NCBI GenBank assembly: GCA_964016885.1
Contig: OZ024747.1
Coordinates: 66,278,001 to 66,342,000 of the forward strand
Direction of reading: 5' to 3'
Source: Eledone cirrhosa
Taxonomy: Eukaryota
DNA length: 64,000 nucleotides
A program made the translations under genes and the position numbers. Position 1 is the first letter of the stretch, and each line of letters opens with the position of its first letter. Of this stretch, positions 40,601 through 54,186 are shown one piece after another. The notes under the pieces were generated by a model. That model searched no databases, was not told the origin of the DNA, and saw only the letters and a program-made list of their open reading frames with translations.

Positions 40601-42490
40601 ATGGGGAATTGAAGGAGGAGACACACTGATCTTGCCATGGGATGGATAGACTACAGAAAGGCATTTGACATGGTGCCTCATTCCTGGATCACCAAAAGCC
40701 TGGAGATCTTCAGGGTGGCAGATAACATCAGACAGTTGCTGGGCAGGAGTATGGGGTCCTGGGAGACAGAGTTGACATCAACTGGAGTATCCTTGGGAAG
40801 CGTGAAGATCAAGAGAGGTATCTTCCAGGGAGATAGCCTGTCCCCTCTGTTGTTTGTCCTTGCCCTGATGCCCTTGACCATTATGCTGCGAAAAGTGAGA
40901 GCAGGATACAAGTTGGGAAGGGGAGAGCTTACCATCAATCACCTCCTCTTCATGGACGATCTTAAGCTCTTCGGGAAAAGTGAGAAGGAGTTGGATGTGC
41001 TTGTTGACACTGTCCGTATTTTCAGCAGTGATATATGTATGCAGTTTGGTATTGGTAAATGTGGAGTCATTGTGATGAGGAGGGGTAGGTTGAGCAGAAG
41101 TAACGGGATCCAGATACCAACAGGTGAGATGATAAAGGAAATTGACTCTGAGGAAGGATACAAGTATTTGGGCGTTCTGGAGGCTGATGGCATAAAGAAC
41201 AAAAAAATGAAGGAATTGTTAAGAACTGAATACATTCGGAGAGTAAGGAGCGTATTGAAGTCACATCTGAACAGCAGAAATGCCATAAGCGCAGTAAATT
41301 CCCGAGCTGTGTCTATTATTAGGTACAGTGCGGGAATTCTGAGATGGAATGTTGCTGAACAAAAAGAAATGGATAGGAAGACTAGGAAGCTATTGACTAT
41401 CTACAACATGTTCCACAAGAGGAGTGATGTCGATAGACTCTACCTAAGGAGATCTGAGGGTGGAAGAGGTCTTATCAGCATAGAGGACTGTGTTCAGATG
41501 GAGAAAAACAACCTATACAAATACGTGACCTATAGTAAGGAGCCAATGCTCAGAGCTGTACTGAAGGAGGGGACAGTAGGCCAGGGGATATCCAAGGAGG
41601 AAATAACATCAAGGAGGAAGAGCAGCCTTAAGGGAAAATCCCTTCATAGTACCTTCTTTGAGAAAACTGAATTTAGAGATCCACAGACATGGAACTGGTT
41701 GAGAAGAGGAGACCTCAAAAAGGCTACAGAAGGAATGCTAATGGCTGCGCAGGAGCAGGCCCTCAAAACGAAGTGGTTGAAGCACCATATCTACAAGGAG
41801 GAGGCTAGCCCACTGTGCAGGATCTGTGGAGAGAGAGAGGAGACTGTGGCTCACATTGTGTCCGAGTGTAAACACCTAGCCCAGACCCACTATAAGGGCT
41901 GGAGACACGATGTGATGGGCAGGGTGATCCACTGGCACCTGTGCAAAGTAAACAATCTACCACATTCTGAGAAATGGTATGAGCATAGGCCAGAGGCGGT
42001 GATGGAGAACAGTCAGGTGAAGGTGCTGTGGGATTTTAGGATACAGACGGACAAAAAACTGGAACACAATAGACCTGACCTGGTGGTTGTGGACAAAGAA
42101 AAAAGATCGTGCCTGATTGTGGATGTGGCCTGCCCGTTCGACACGAGAGTGCAAGAGAAGGAGAGGGAGAAAATTAACCGATACCAGGACCTAAAGTGGG
42201 AGGTGAAAAGGATTTGGAACTGCCATGAAGTCAAAGTGATCCCGATTGTCATAGGCGCACTGGGGACTATCTCCAAAGGTTTCCAGGGATGGTTAAAGAA
42301 AATCGGCCCCTTCACGCTTTTTGGAACGCTTCAAAAGGCATGCTTGCTTGGAACGGCAAGAACCCTCCGATACGTCCTGAATATCTGAGGCTGCAGGTAG
42401 TGGCTTGATATTCAATCCAACGGACTTTCCAGTTAACCAACATCAATGACTGAGATTCAAGGAATAACAATAACAATAATAATAATAATA
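37614..42490 (+). mobile_element. Apparently full-length Dong/R4-clade LINE in a (TAA)n repeat
   Basis: (TAA)n on both sides; ~1.38-kb 5' UTR with a 320-bp tandem duplication (37781/38101); near-identical to 55467-60318 (-). Confidence 0.92.
38996..42388 (+). pseudogene. Dong/R4 RT-REL ORF with two in-frame TGA codons (40340-42, 40610-12)
   Basis: Colinear with the intact 1130-aa ORF at 55541-58933; both TGAs replace TGC (Cys). Confidence 0.85.
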
Positions 42491-42606
42491 ATAATAAATA
42501 AATAAAGAAAAAAAAGGAAATATATATATATATACATACATACATATATACATACACACATACATACACATACACACACATATACACACACACATACAAT
42601 AATAAC

Positions 42607-42656
<50 letters not shown>

Positions 42657-42670
42657 ATAATAATAATACA

Positions 42671-42860
42671 AGAAAATCGGCCCCTTCACGCTTTTTGGAA
42701 CGCTTCAAAAGGCATGCTTGCTTGGAACAGCAAGAACCCTCCGATACGTCCTGAATATCTGAGGCTGCAGGTAGTGGCTTGATATTCAATCCAACGGATT
42801 TTCCAGTTAACCAACATCAATGACTGAGATTCAAGGAATAACAATAACAATAATAATAAT
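42671..42860 (+). mobile_element. Short 5'-truncated Dong/R4 3' end in (AAT)n
   Basis: Repeats ~42297-42480 with about 2 substitutions. Confidence 0.85.
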
Positions 42861-42946
42861 AATAATAGCAATAATAATAATAACGACAACAACAATAATA
42901 ATATACATATTCATATATATACACACACACACGCACGCACATAAGC

Positions 42947-42959
<13 letters not shown>

Positions 42960-42980
<21 letters not shown>

Positions 42981-45452
42981 GATAGCAACTAACAGTGCTG
43001 CGATCGAATGTGGCTTTTTAGCCCAGCCAATGATCTAAAATGTCTTGCACAGAGTCGGCAACCAAAACATTCACTGGGAATAGTCGGCTGTGGTTGGAGT
43101 TCGTGTACTTTTGCATGTCGCTTGAGCCCTCCTGCTGATTTACATTCTCTACCACATGTTTGGCAAGCATGATGAGTAGCATCTCCAACAGCAGCCTGGT
43201 AGTCAACCACTGGTCTTACTTTATGACTGCGAAGACGACTTTCGAGTCCAGCTTTGCTTAGGCAGAGTCTCGCACAGACGCTGCATGTCAGCACCATAGG
43301 AGGACCCTCGCCGTCCGGAAGTGCAACAGCAATGCCCTTCCTCACATCCCGCTTTACTTTCTCGTGTGCGATTCGAGATGCCTCAAAGGCAACTTTTCCC
43401 TCATATACAGTCTTTCTCCATTTATTACGATCAGCAGCAATATTTTCCCATGTATCAGCAGACATGTTAGCATCTTTCAGAGAGGCTTTCAAGGAATCCT
43501 TATACCTCTTTTTTGGTTTATGTGGCGGTCGTTTTCCTTTAACCAACTCTCCGTAGAAGAGTTGTTTTGGTATTCTAGAATCCTTCATCCTGGCAAGGTG
43601 ACCACTCCAACGGAGTCGTTGCTTAAGCACAAGAGCTTCTATACTGTCACACATAGAGCTTTCCAAAATCTCGACATCACTGATGTGGTCCCTCCAGTGA
43701 ACGGCGTGGATCCGTCTGAGACACATCTGATGGAAACGCTCCAATTGCTTAAGGTGGTGTCGATATGTGACCCAGGTCTCGCAGGCATAAAGAAGACAAG
43801 ATAGTACACATGCCCTGTACACCTTTACCTTTGTCCTCCTGCATATGTCTCGCCGACCCCAGAGTCGCCTTTCTAGCTTTCCGAAAGCATCACTTGCTTT
43901 CCTAATCCTAAGTGAGATTTCACTGTCAAGGTTGCCGTATCGATTGACAGTGCTTCCCAGGTAGACAAACTGATCAACCACTCCAAGTCGTTTGCCATAC
44001 ACATAGATGTTTGGTTCAGTATACTGCTTACTAGGGGCAGGTTGGTACATGATGACGGTTTTCTTGAGACTGACAGTCAAACCCAGGGCAGTGCAAGCGT
44101 CAGAAAATGCATTCAAAATGTGCTGCATATCACTCTCTGTGTGCGCTACAAGATCGCAATCATCTGCATACAAGAGGTCTCTTATGATTGATGTAAATAC
44201 TTTTGTCTTCGCAGCAAAGCGCCTGATGTTAAATATGCTGCCTGAGGTTCGATATCGGATGTAAACACCATGCTCGCAATTCCTTAATGCAATACAGAAA
44301 CCCATTGCAAAGTATATGGCAAACAGGGTCGGTGCTGGAATATCCCCCTGTTTCACTCCATTTTTTACTGAGATAGGCTCCGACATGTTACCTCCGACAT
44401 TAACCCAAGCCTTCATATAGTCATGGAAAGACCTAACTAAAGCAAGGAACTTATCAGGGCAACCAAGTTTCTGGAGAACCTTCCATAATGCATCTCTGTT
44501 GACAGTATCGAAAGCCTTTGTCAGATCGACAAAAACCTGATACAGATCCAAGCCTTGTTCAATGCACTTCTCCTGGAGCTATCTGGCTGAGAAAATCATA
44601 TCAGTAGTGCCGCGTCCAGCACGAAAACCAGATTGACTTTCAGGAAGAACACAATCTGCAATGTGTGTCAGCAGACGGTCCAGAAGCACCCTACATAAAA
44701 CTTTCCCTACGACAGAAAGCAATGATATACCTCTGTAGTTCCCACAATCATTCCTGTTACCCTTTCCCTTGTACAAGACCACCATTACTGCATCTCTCCA
44801 GTCCTCAGGTACGAATTCATTAGCCCATATCCTTCCAAACAAAGAGTGCAGATGTTGCAGGAGTCTCTCACCACCATATTGTAGGAGCTCAGCATGTATG
44901 CCATCCATACCTGGAGATCTTCCACTGTTTAGCTTCGAAATAGCCACTACAACCTCCACAAGCGTCGGAGGTTCTGCGAGAGCTACTTTCACAGGACTTT
45001 CTGGAATGAGATTGAGGAAATCTTCACTGACGACAGACGGCTGATTCAAAAGATCATCAAAGTGCTCTCGCCACCTTCGTAGAATTCTCTGTGAGTCACG
45101 AAGAAGTTCTTTGCCATCCTTGCTGCGAAGCGGTGTCACCAGAGAAGAAGACGGTCCATAAACCTCACGAAAGAGATTGTACAACAGCTTTGTGTTTGTG
45201 GAATCAGACGCAGTTTGTATCTCACCAGCCTTCTCACTCCACCACTGATCCTTCATCTGAGAAAGACTCCGCCTAACACGTGATTTTACATCCCTGAGCT
45301 CCTCATGCAACGTATTCCTCTCCTGTGGTTTTGCCGTCAAGTAGCGTGACAGAGCATGCCTCTTATCAGCCAACAAGTCTTCTATATGTACATCATTCTC
45401 ATTAAACCAGTCCTGATGTTTTCTCTGCACCAATCCCAGAACACGCCTGCCT
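42960..45452 (-). mobile_element. RTE-clade LINE, 5'-truncated, premature stop at 44579-44581
   Basis: RT motifs YRGISLL, FVDLTKAFD, GVKQG, YADD and C-terminal C2H2 fingers; highly similar to 61463-63940; joined to (CATA)n at the 5' break. Confidence 0.92.
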
Positions 45453-45487
45453 ACATACATACATACATACATACATACATACATACA

Positions 45488-45605
<118 letters not shown>

Positions 45606-45810
45606 AACATAAATTATCGAGAATCGTATTTCGGCCCACGAAATAACGAAAAGCAACCTCCGAGATGTGTGGCAAGTGCTCAATGATTCAGATGAACCAG
45701 AGCTATAACAAACGTTAAAGGCCAAACACACTGAGACGATGGTTAAACAATCATTCGCATAGCCAAAAAAAACGATCAAGTAATTCGGGTCAAACAAATA
45801 AAAAATATCT

Positions 45811-45958
<148 letters not shown>

Positions 45959-45965
45959 TGTGTGT

Positions 45966-48236
45966 GTGTATAAATCTACCAAAATATACGGTAGTGTCCA
46001 ATCCGTATGAAGAAAGAACTCAATGTAATCCAAATATCATGAAAAGAGAAGATACATTCAAAAATTTTCGATGAAAATCACAGGAAAACAGAGTCAAGAT
46101 AAATTAATAAAAACAATGAATAAAACAAAAAACAAGTTCCTTATATTAAAAAATTCATGATTTTACGATCCTTTCTAGGATATATATGTATGTTGGTATG
46201 TATATCATATAGATCTATGTAAAAATATTACAAACTATCAGAGGAAATACACATACCTTCACATATATATATGCTGTCTTCAGAAACAATGAGATTTGGG
46301 TTATTGAAAGAAAACAACAAAGATTTAATATAATAGGTCTGTTTGGGAACAGGTTTTGAATTGACCAATAGAAAAGTAGTAAGAAGTCAAGTTGATAGAA
46401 TAGTAGTAGTATAAATTTATTTTAGAGGTAGATGAATGCAGACTTATGTTTTGAATGGAAAGAATACTTTGAATGAAAAGAATACTTTGGGGGTGAAAAG
46501 AGGTCAAGCCGATGAAGGGTACACGAAAATTTGATGTTATTAAAGAATAATGTTAAAAACGAAGGAGAGTAAAATTTTAGGGTAAAGGTATTAGTGAGAA
46601 ATACCAATCTTATTTAAAACACAAAGAATTTAGATCTATAACAAGAAATTAAATTAATTGATAGGTATACTTGTAAGGATAAATTTATATTAATTCATAT
46701 GGATGTGATAAATAAGAATTAGATGTTATTAAAGAATGTTGTTAAAAACGAGGGAAAATAAAATTTTGGGATAAGTGTAGTAGTGAGAAATACCAATCTT
46801 ATATAGACTACAAGGAATCTAGATTCATAACAGGAATTTATATGTATACTTTTAGGTATTAAATTTAGGAAAAGAGAGCTGTAAAAGGGAAATAAAATTA
46901 TGAAGTTCTCTGTAGTAAAGTACTAATTATAGGTTAACTAAATTAAAAAAACTAATTATAATAATATGTAAAATATAAGTGTAAGGTGTATATTAATTAG
47001 GTTTATAATATTTGAAAGTTCTTCTAATTCTATAATTGCAAGATATAATTAATTCTTGTCGCTTATTAATAGGATATCCTTAGATTTCATTATTTCAAAA
47101 AGTTCCTAGGAAGCATAATCTACACTCATATCTGTTATTTTGATAAGGGGTGGCCCTTTTGAGCACACTCCAGGTCAGGTTGTAATCAATATTCTTTTTT
47201 CTATAATTATTAATTGTTTCAGCCAAGGATGTTGTATTAGCTAATGCGGCATTTTTAAAACTATGTTTGTGGGTATTAAATCTTACTTTAAATTGGTTAG
47301 ACGTAGCTCCTATATATGAGTAAGTTGAGTCCTTAGTGCTAATTTTACATTTATATACTATGTTATTAATAAGACAATTTCCCTTTAATGGGCAATTTCT
47401 TTTGTTTCTAGAGTTACAACCATTCGTGAATATTATATCAGGGGAGTTAGTCAAATTTGGAGTGGAATTTACTCGACTTGTTATATGTGAAGGAGATGGT
47501 TGTTTGTTGCGGTTTATTTTAGTATTATGGTTGGTTTGATGTGTTGGTGGTATATTCGTGATTATTTTACATTTATATGCGGTGTACGCACTTATATTTT
47601 GTTGTATATTTTTGGTAGTGGAGTAGGAAAATTTGACGGTTGATCTATTTAAAATTTGATGGTATTTATGGTTTGGCGGGAAGTTTTTCTCTAGGATAGT
47701 AAAATATTTTTTAGGGATATTATCTTTAATTTGTAGATTAAATGGAGCATTATACCAAGTAACTCGTCTATTACGGTTTCGATGTTGTTTTTTATATTTA
47801 TACCATGTATCAGGATGTTTACTAAGAGAGTTAGTATTAGTGAATTTATTATATATAGGTTTAGTTAGATTAACTGATTTAGGTGTTTTAGTCTGATTAT
47901 TAGTAATTTTGTTAGTAATGTTATTAACGTATATTGGAGTATTATGATGAATGGTTTTTTGAAAGCTATTATATTTTATGTGAGAAGAAGTAGAGAAATT
48001 AAGTTTTAGGTTGGTATTTCTGGATGTAGTGTGAGTGGCATTTAGGTGTGTGCTTTTCATTTGGTGTTTGTTGGTAATATTGAGTTGTATGTTTGAAGTA
48101 TTATTGGTGCAATGTATATAGACTAATTTGTTTTTGTGGCCGCTTCTAGCTAAAGCTTCGTTATAGAAGGGCGCATTTTTATCGAATACCTCCTGGTTAG
48201 ATGAAAGGTTAGAAATTCTGAGTGAGATGTTATATG
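45966..48236 (-). mobile_element. Second PLE family remnant (thumb + GIY-YIG + 3' UTR)
   Basis: ORF 47095-48236 NISLRISNLSS..VTWYNAPF..CPLKGNC..IVYKC..YIGAT..FKVRFNTH, frameshift near the end; 3' UTR carries HHR family B; palindrome at the 5' break. Confidence 0.82.
46155..46292 (-). ncRNA. Hammerhead family B copy in the PLE 3' UTR
   Basis: Minus strand: tcattgttt-CTGAAGA-cagcatatatatatgtg...catatatatccta-GAAA-ggatcg-TA-aaatcatga; stem III carries a C>G change. Confidence 0.55.
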
Positions 48237-48446
48237 CTATATATATATATATATATATATATATAGCATATAACATCTCACTCAGAATTTCTAACCTGTT
48301 TGCTGAAAATTAAAGTACGTGAGACTGTCACTACTCTAAAACAATAGCGTAAGGTCTTCGAAACGCTTTTAATTAAGCATACATTGTATTGCAAAATACA
48401 CTATATATACATTCATATATATATCGCTATTTCAGAGCACCAATTC

Positions 48447-48479
<33 letters not shown>

Positions 48480-48601
48480 TTCCATCATTATAATAACAAT
48501 ATAATAATAATAAATAGTTTTCGTCTGTATGATATTACATGTATTATAGCTCTAGTATATCGTCTTTGTAAAGAAACAATTCTTTTTATGGGATTTTTCA
48601 G

Positions 48602-48908
48602 ACGACAGAACGATTCAGATGACGAAGGCAAGCAACGACAATCTTTCATGGGTAGCTCCGGTAGCCGGAATTACCGTACTCTGACATCAACGAATGGTTC
48701 TGGTTCCAGTGGCGGTACTGGCTGTTGTAACAGCGCTGCTACCAACAAAATTCCCTGTGGTAACGGCGGTTGTGTAACTGGCAGTGCTTGTAAAAGAGAT
48801 TGTAATCAAATGCAAAGCCCTGATAATAAAAAGTCACCCCGTGCATGTCCTGTATTGAAACGCATGCCCAAAGAACAAAGTGCTGAAGTGTTACATAAAC
48901 GTAGACAG
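48602..48908 (+). CDS. GPCR exon: intracellular loop 3
   Basis: Acceptor atttttcag|A completes AG+A=Arg with exon 2367-2587; ends ..EVLHKRRQ|gtaacg, phase 0. Confidence 0.85.
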
Positions 48909-49129
48909 GTAACGTTGCATCTTTTTATCTTTCTCGGGTTATTATTCAGGTGAAATGTTTTAAAATTTCAGGAATGTTTAGTGGCGATGCATAAAACTTA
49001 TGAATCTACAGATAAACAATGTACCTTGAGAGTATGTATGTATGAACCCATACTCCTTGGCCTTTCTTGAGCCTTTTTAGAAGAAAAAAGATGGCGGAAC
49101 CCACCCCTCTCCAGATTTAACCACAGCCG

Positions 49130-49454
49130 ATTTCTTCCAGAGAAGGAGAAATTAACAAAGATGGGAAGTGAAAAAGAGCTTTAGAGGGGAAAACGACCCT
49201 AGTATCGGATTGAAACTTTTTTTATAGATCTCGAAAAGATGAATGGCGGGATTTAAACTCAGAAAGTGCAGCCGGAACTAATACTGCAAAACATTCTATC
49301 CAACCTTCCAGTGGCTGTGGCTGTGGCTGTGTGTGGCTGGGTGGAGCTGTGGCTGTGTGTGGCTGGGTGTGGCTGGGTGTGGCTATGGATGTGGCTGTAG
49401 CTGTCAGAAAATGAAGCCGGAACTAATACTGCAAACATTCTATCCAACCTTCCA
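49130..49454 (-). mobile_element. Decayed SINE with (GTGGCT)n flanked by a ~40-bp direct repeat
   Basis: Similar to 7560-7705; gccggaactaatactgc..ccaaccttcca occurs at ~49270 and ~49417. Confidence 0.45.
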
Positions 49455-49734
49455 ACGATTCTGCAAAATCGCCATCCATGCCTTAAAAGTAGTGAATAAT
49501 TTATGTTGTGGAAGGCTGTAGAGGAATGAGCTTACAAAGGAGTAGATATGGGCTAGAAAGTATTAGATATTTTATATTGCGGTGGACTGAGCAAACATGG
49601 CGAGCTTGCGGAGGAAATGGAAGCTTGGAAATATTGGGTATTTATGTTTGGATGGACTGTGTACAAATCTCCATACTACCTAAAATTAAACTAAAACTGT
49701 TTTCATTCGTTCCTATTTTCTTATTTTGTTTCAG

Positions 49735-49860
49735 GTGATCAAAATGCTGCTTGCAATTATATTGATCTTTTTGGTATGTTGGGGCCCAAAGCTACTGTTC
49801 CGAATAATGAGACGTGTTGATACAGCTCCCTACTTCACCAGTCCCAGTCTATTTATTAAG
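49735..49860 (+). CDS. GPCR exon: TM6-ECL3
   Basis: tttcag|GTG ... AAG|gtaaca; VIKMLLAIILIFLVCWGP (CWxP motif). Confidence 0.92.
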
Positions 49861-50017
49861 GTAACATGTCTTCCTACACGCCTTTTTACATGTCACATTG
49901 ATTCACCTCGAAGTTTGTTCTATTTCTGATATTATATATATATATATATATATCATATATATATATATATCATATATATATATATATCATATATATATAT
50001 ATCGTATATATATATGT

Positions 50018-50079
<62 letters not shown>

Positions 50080-51421
50080 GTGTATATGTGTGTCTTTGTG
50101 TGTGTGTCAGTGTATGTGGGAATGTGTGCATTATTCGATCACATATACATTGATTTTGTGTGGGAGGACAAACGTGAAAATATATAATAGAACAAAAAAG
50201 TTATTGGAAAAGAAAGATAGGAGATATTTATACACGTCAAGAATTAATCAAACAAAAGTGAGTAGAATTGATATCTTTCTAATAAAAGATGGATATTACA
50301 TCAGAATGAATTATAGAATAAAACTAAGCATGTTTTAACTAGGATTTGAGTGGTTTTCCTTGTTGAAGATAACATTAGTAAAAAGAAGATAACATTAGTA
50401 AAAGGGAAAATATTTAAAGATAAAAATTTAAAGAAAAAATGTTTGACACATCTCATTAATTTTCAATGTCTTTTATGAAGGTAAATAACATTGGAAAAGA
50501 AATTCGTAGCCTGAAAGTATATCACGATGTTTTGTGTCTTAATTCATAGATGATATTAAAAAATGTTATTGTATTTTCCTTTGCTCGCTGTTCAATTATA
50601 TTAAAGTTGTTGTAAGTGTAGTATAAAAAGTATACCACGCTGTAGAAAGGTAGAAAGTGGAAGTTAAGAATTTCAATGAGTATAATAGCAAAAGAAAGAG
50701 GGGGTAACGTGGATGGTATTGGTGGCGGCACCAGGTATGCAGAATTGTTTTGTTTTGTTTTTAATCTGCCTTGATGGAAAGTGGATAACAAGAAAGAAGG
50801 CAAGAAAGAAAGAAAGAAAATTCTTCTATCGAAATATTGTTTATCATCAACCTATAAATAAGTAAATTATTCTATTTTGGTAGTTTCAATCATATGTTAA
50901 ATTTATTCGATTTCTTTTGCGTTGTTTATATATATGTAATTAAGTACTGTATATCTGTTTCTGTCTATCTATATATCTACCTACTTACCTACCAACCTAT
51001 AGTTCCTATATTCAAGTGGGTTTCCCTTCTGCCTGTAGATGGGGACTATCTATTTTTCCCAGTCTGATATATTTTCAGCAAATTATATCTCTTCTAAAAG
51101 ACTGCCTACCATTTGTCTACCAAGATCGTCCAATATTTGGAAAAAGTCAATGCTGATCTCTGAGCACCCACGTATTCCATTGTATAGATTGCGTTTTCTG
51201 CCACGTTTAGTTTTGATAGTCCTTCAACTGGAGGCAGGTTATTTAACACTTTAGCATTTAAACTGGTCGTATCCGGTCAGAATTCTCTGACCTCTTTCTG
51301 TTCAAACTGGCTGTAGGTGGCCGCTCATACATATGTTAAGGTATTGTTCTCAAAATACATAATATCAGTGTCATAGATTCGATATTATATGAGATAATTA
51401 TCATTATCTATAAAAGGCAGA

Positions 51422-51606
51422 GGGCGATGGATTGGCAGTATCGGTAGAGGGTCGGACGCCATGCTTTCCAGCATAGTTACGTCCCTTTACGATCTGAGTT
51501 CAAATCCCGCCGAGGTTGACTTTGCCTTTCATCCTTACGGGGTCGATAAAATAAAGTACCAGTAATGCACTGGGTAATTGCTGGCATTGTGCCTAAAGTA
51601 GAAACA
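51422..51606 (+). mobile_element. tRNA-head SINE with perfect 19-bp TSD
   Basis: TSD attatctataaaaggcaga at 51403-51421 and 51607-51625. Confidence 0.88.
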
Positions 51607-52552
51607 ATTATCTATAAAAGGCAGATTGCTGTTGTTGTGTGTGTGTGCGTGTTCCATGTTTATAGATTTGCACAATTTCAAACCGTTTCGACTCAAAGTC
51701 TCTATGAATGTTGTAAATGGTCTAACTTACGTCAACGACTATTTATTTTTTTCCAACTCACCCACAATTACGGTAATAATGGATAAAACTAAATACATGA
51801 CGCTTTATCCCTCTCTCTAACTCCCCTTAAAATTCGATAAAACTACACACATGCTGCAACTTTCTTTTATATACGCTTAAACCCCCTCCTTACAAACTTC
51901 CTTTAGGAACTCGGAAGAAAGAAGAGAGAAAGAAATGAAGGAGAGATAGAGAGAGAAGAGAGAGAAAGGGAGAGAGAGAGAGAACGTTTGTTTTTGAGTG
52001 TGGAACGGTCAAACCTTTATTTACTTCAATGACAATGAAGAGGACTTATTACATTTCATACGAAACAACAATTATTCAAAAGCAACAGATACATTTATTC
52101 AACAACAACAAAAAATAGCGATAAATCTTTTTTAAAACATCTCTCAACGAACGTGGAAAAAAGAAGTATCAGTTTATTTACTATACACAATAATATCCTC
52201 TATGAGGTCACTAAACCTGCTAGAAAGCAGCAAACTCTCCCCCATATCACCCCCCCCCCCCTACTGTCTTAAATTTAGAAAACACACATTAGACAACCAT
52301 GCAGAACAACTTCATCGCAGCTCTGTTGTTCGGCTGGCATCGTCTACGCGCGTGTTGCGCAAGTACTGTGAAACAATAAATTTCAACACTTCTTTGCACA
52401 GAGATAATATCCATAGGCGAAACTACAATTGTCACTGCTGGCGCAGCTCCTGCTTCGGCAGTCCAGGTCTGCAATTCATTCACCCTGTGCCTGGCAGACA
52501 AAAAAGTGCTGCCATAAAATTGGTGGTGCAACCTAACTTTGGTAACTTACTG

Positions 52553-52583
52553 ACCCCAAGCAACGCCGGGTTTTAATGCTAGT
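52553..52583 (+). mobile_element. Helitron-like 3' terminus
   Basis: ccccaagcaacgccggg hairpin + CTAG|T; 5' end not located. Confidence 0.45.
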
Positions 52584-52651
52584 GTAAGATAAAGCCTTTA
52601 CCATGAAAATACAATAGTATATATAGAGTAATGTAGATGTTAAAGGGTTAA

Positions 52652-53310
52652 AGTTTCTCTTTCGTTCTCAACATATAGCAAGGTTTCAAAATACTCTTTC
52701 CATCTTTGTTCGATTTTGTCTTCGTGTTTTAATATATTTCCGTCCTCGTCGGTAATCACGTTCATTGATCTGATATATTTTTTTTGTTGTGGTCTTTGTT
52801 TTGTTATTCTATAAATTAAGTTTTCGCCTTCGTTTGTGTTGAGTTTGTCATAGAACTCTTTACTAGTATTCCACTTCATCGCTGGAGCCGTCCTCTTTGC
52901 AGTGTTCTTTTCAGACGTGTACTCTTTTTTTTTCTATAAGTTGTTTCTGTCTTTCTGCCATGCTTTGAAAACTCGTTTCTTAGCTTTTAGCTAAGGTTGT
53001 ATTTCTTCTGAGCACCACCATGTATCTTTCATTATTCCTCTTCCAGCATTCATTCTGTCAGAAACCTCTTCAGCTAATTTCAGAATGATCTCCTTCAAGT
53101 GATTCTTCTCAATTGTATTTAGTCATTGAATTTGTTAGAAACTTTTTCTTTGACGTTCGTTCTACATACATCCACGTTCTTTTAGCTTCCATCTTTTGAT
53201 CTTGAGTTTCCAATGAATATTGACATCCATCACTTTTCTAAATTTCAATTTGGCACAAAGCAAGTGATGCTAGGAAGAAACTACTTCTTCCCCGGGTATT
53301 ACTTTGCAGA
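52652..53310 (-). mobile_element. Old RTE (BovB-like) LINE fragment
   Basis: KVIPGEEV..HHLL (end of APE domain) and DEDGNIL..IEQRWKEYFETLL; several stops. Confidence 0.7.
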
Positions 53311-53732
53311 ACTTGAGTTGTATGGGTAAATTTTGTTTATGGCATATGTGCATATAGAAGAGTGGGGAAATATTTGTAAAAAAAATATAGGGAATTTATG
53401 TAAATAGAAAGAATTTATTGTTTTTGAAAAGAATCAGTTTGGAATTTGGCGTTAATCAAAGAATTTAATCACATTCTAGTAATGGTCAAGCATGAATGAC
53501 TAGGTTATAAAATATGTTTTGAGGTAGTTAGTTGGATGAAATTTTCCAAGTAATGTTGGATTTCAAGGACCAAACGTGACTGGATAAAAATTGTCACATA
53601 AGTAATGTTTATGGGGATTGATTTTGTAAGTAGGTGGTTGCTATATATGGGGACGTATGTGTGTGTTAATGTATAAATATATGAGTTCTGTCGTAATTTA
53701 ATATATCATAATTTATGTTTTATACTCCACAG

Positions 53733-53978
53733 ATAATCTTCGATTTTTCGCCGTTCATTCAGTCATGCATCAATCCAGTGGTGTATTTCTTTATGTCACG
53801 AAACTTCCGTAAGAGCATGCGCTGCGTGTGCCGGAAGTATTGTTATTGCACCGACGATAGCAAGGCGAAGGATGTATTCGAACTTGAGACGAAGACCATC
53901 GATGGTAACAGTATAACTACCAGAGGTACGAACTATTGTCGGACTGTTATCAGTAACGATGGAGAAAGGACATGTTGA
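53733..53978 (+). CDS. GPCR terminal exon: TM7, helix 8, C-tail
   Basis: ccacag|ATA; SCINPVVYFFMSRNFRKSM (NPxxY + helix 8); Cys cluster; TGA stop; resembles the CCK/orexin/QRFP-receptor group, ligand unknown. Confidence 0.92.
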   Translation: MIFDFSPFIQSCINPVVYFFMSRNFRKSMRCVCRKYCYCTDDSKAKDVFELETKTIDGNSITTRGTNYCRTVISNDGERTC

Positions 53979-54022
53979 TCACTGAACAAGAGATATTTTA
54001 GTTAGAAAGGAATCATTGACGA

Positions 54023-54066
<44 letters not shown>

Positions 54067-54067
54067 G

Positions 54068-54186
<119 letters not shown>

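Noticed and set aside
42380-42465. SECIS element in the Dong 3' UTR
   Set aside because: Hairpin lacks canonical AUGA/GA quartet spacing and an apical AA loop
51243-52651. piggyBac-like element between TTAA-c(a/c)cttta ends
   Set aside because: Only short imperfect terminal similarity; the ends may belong to different elements
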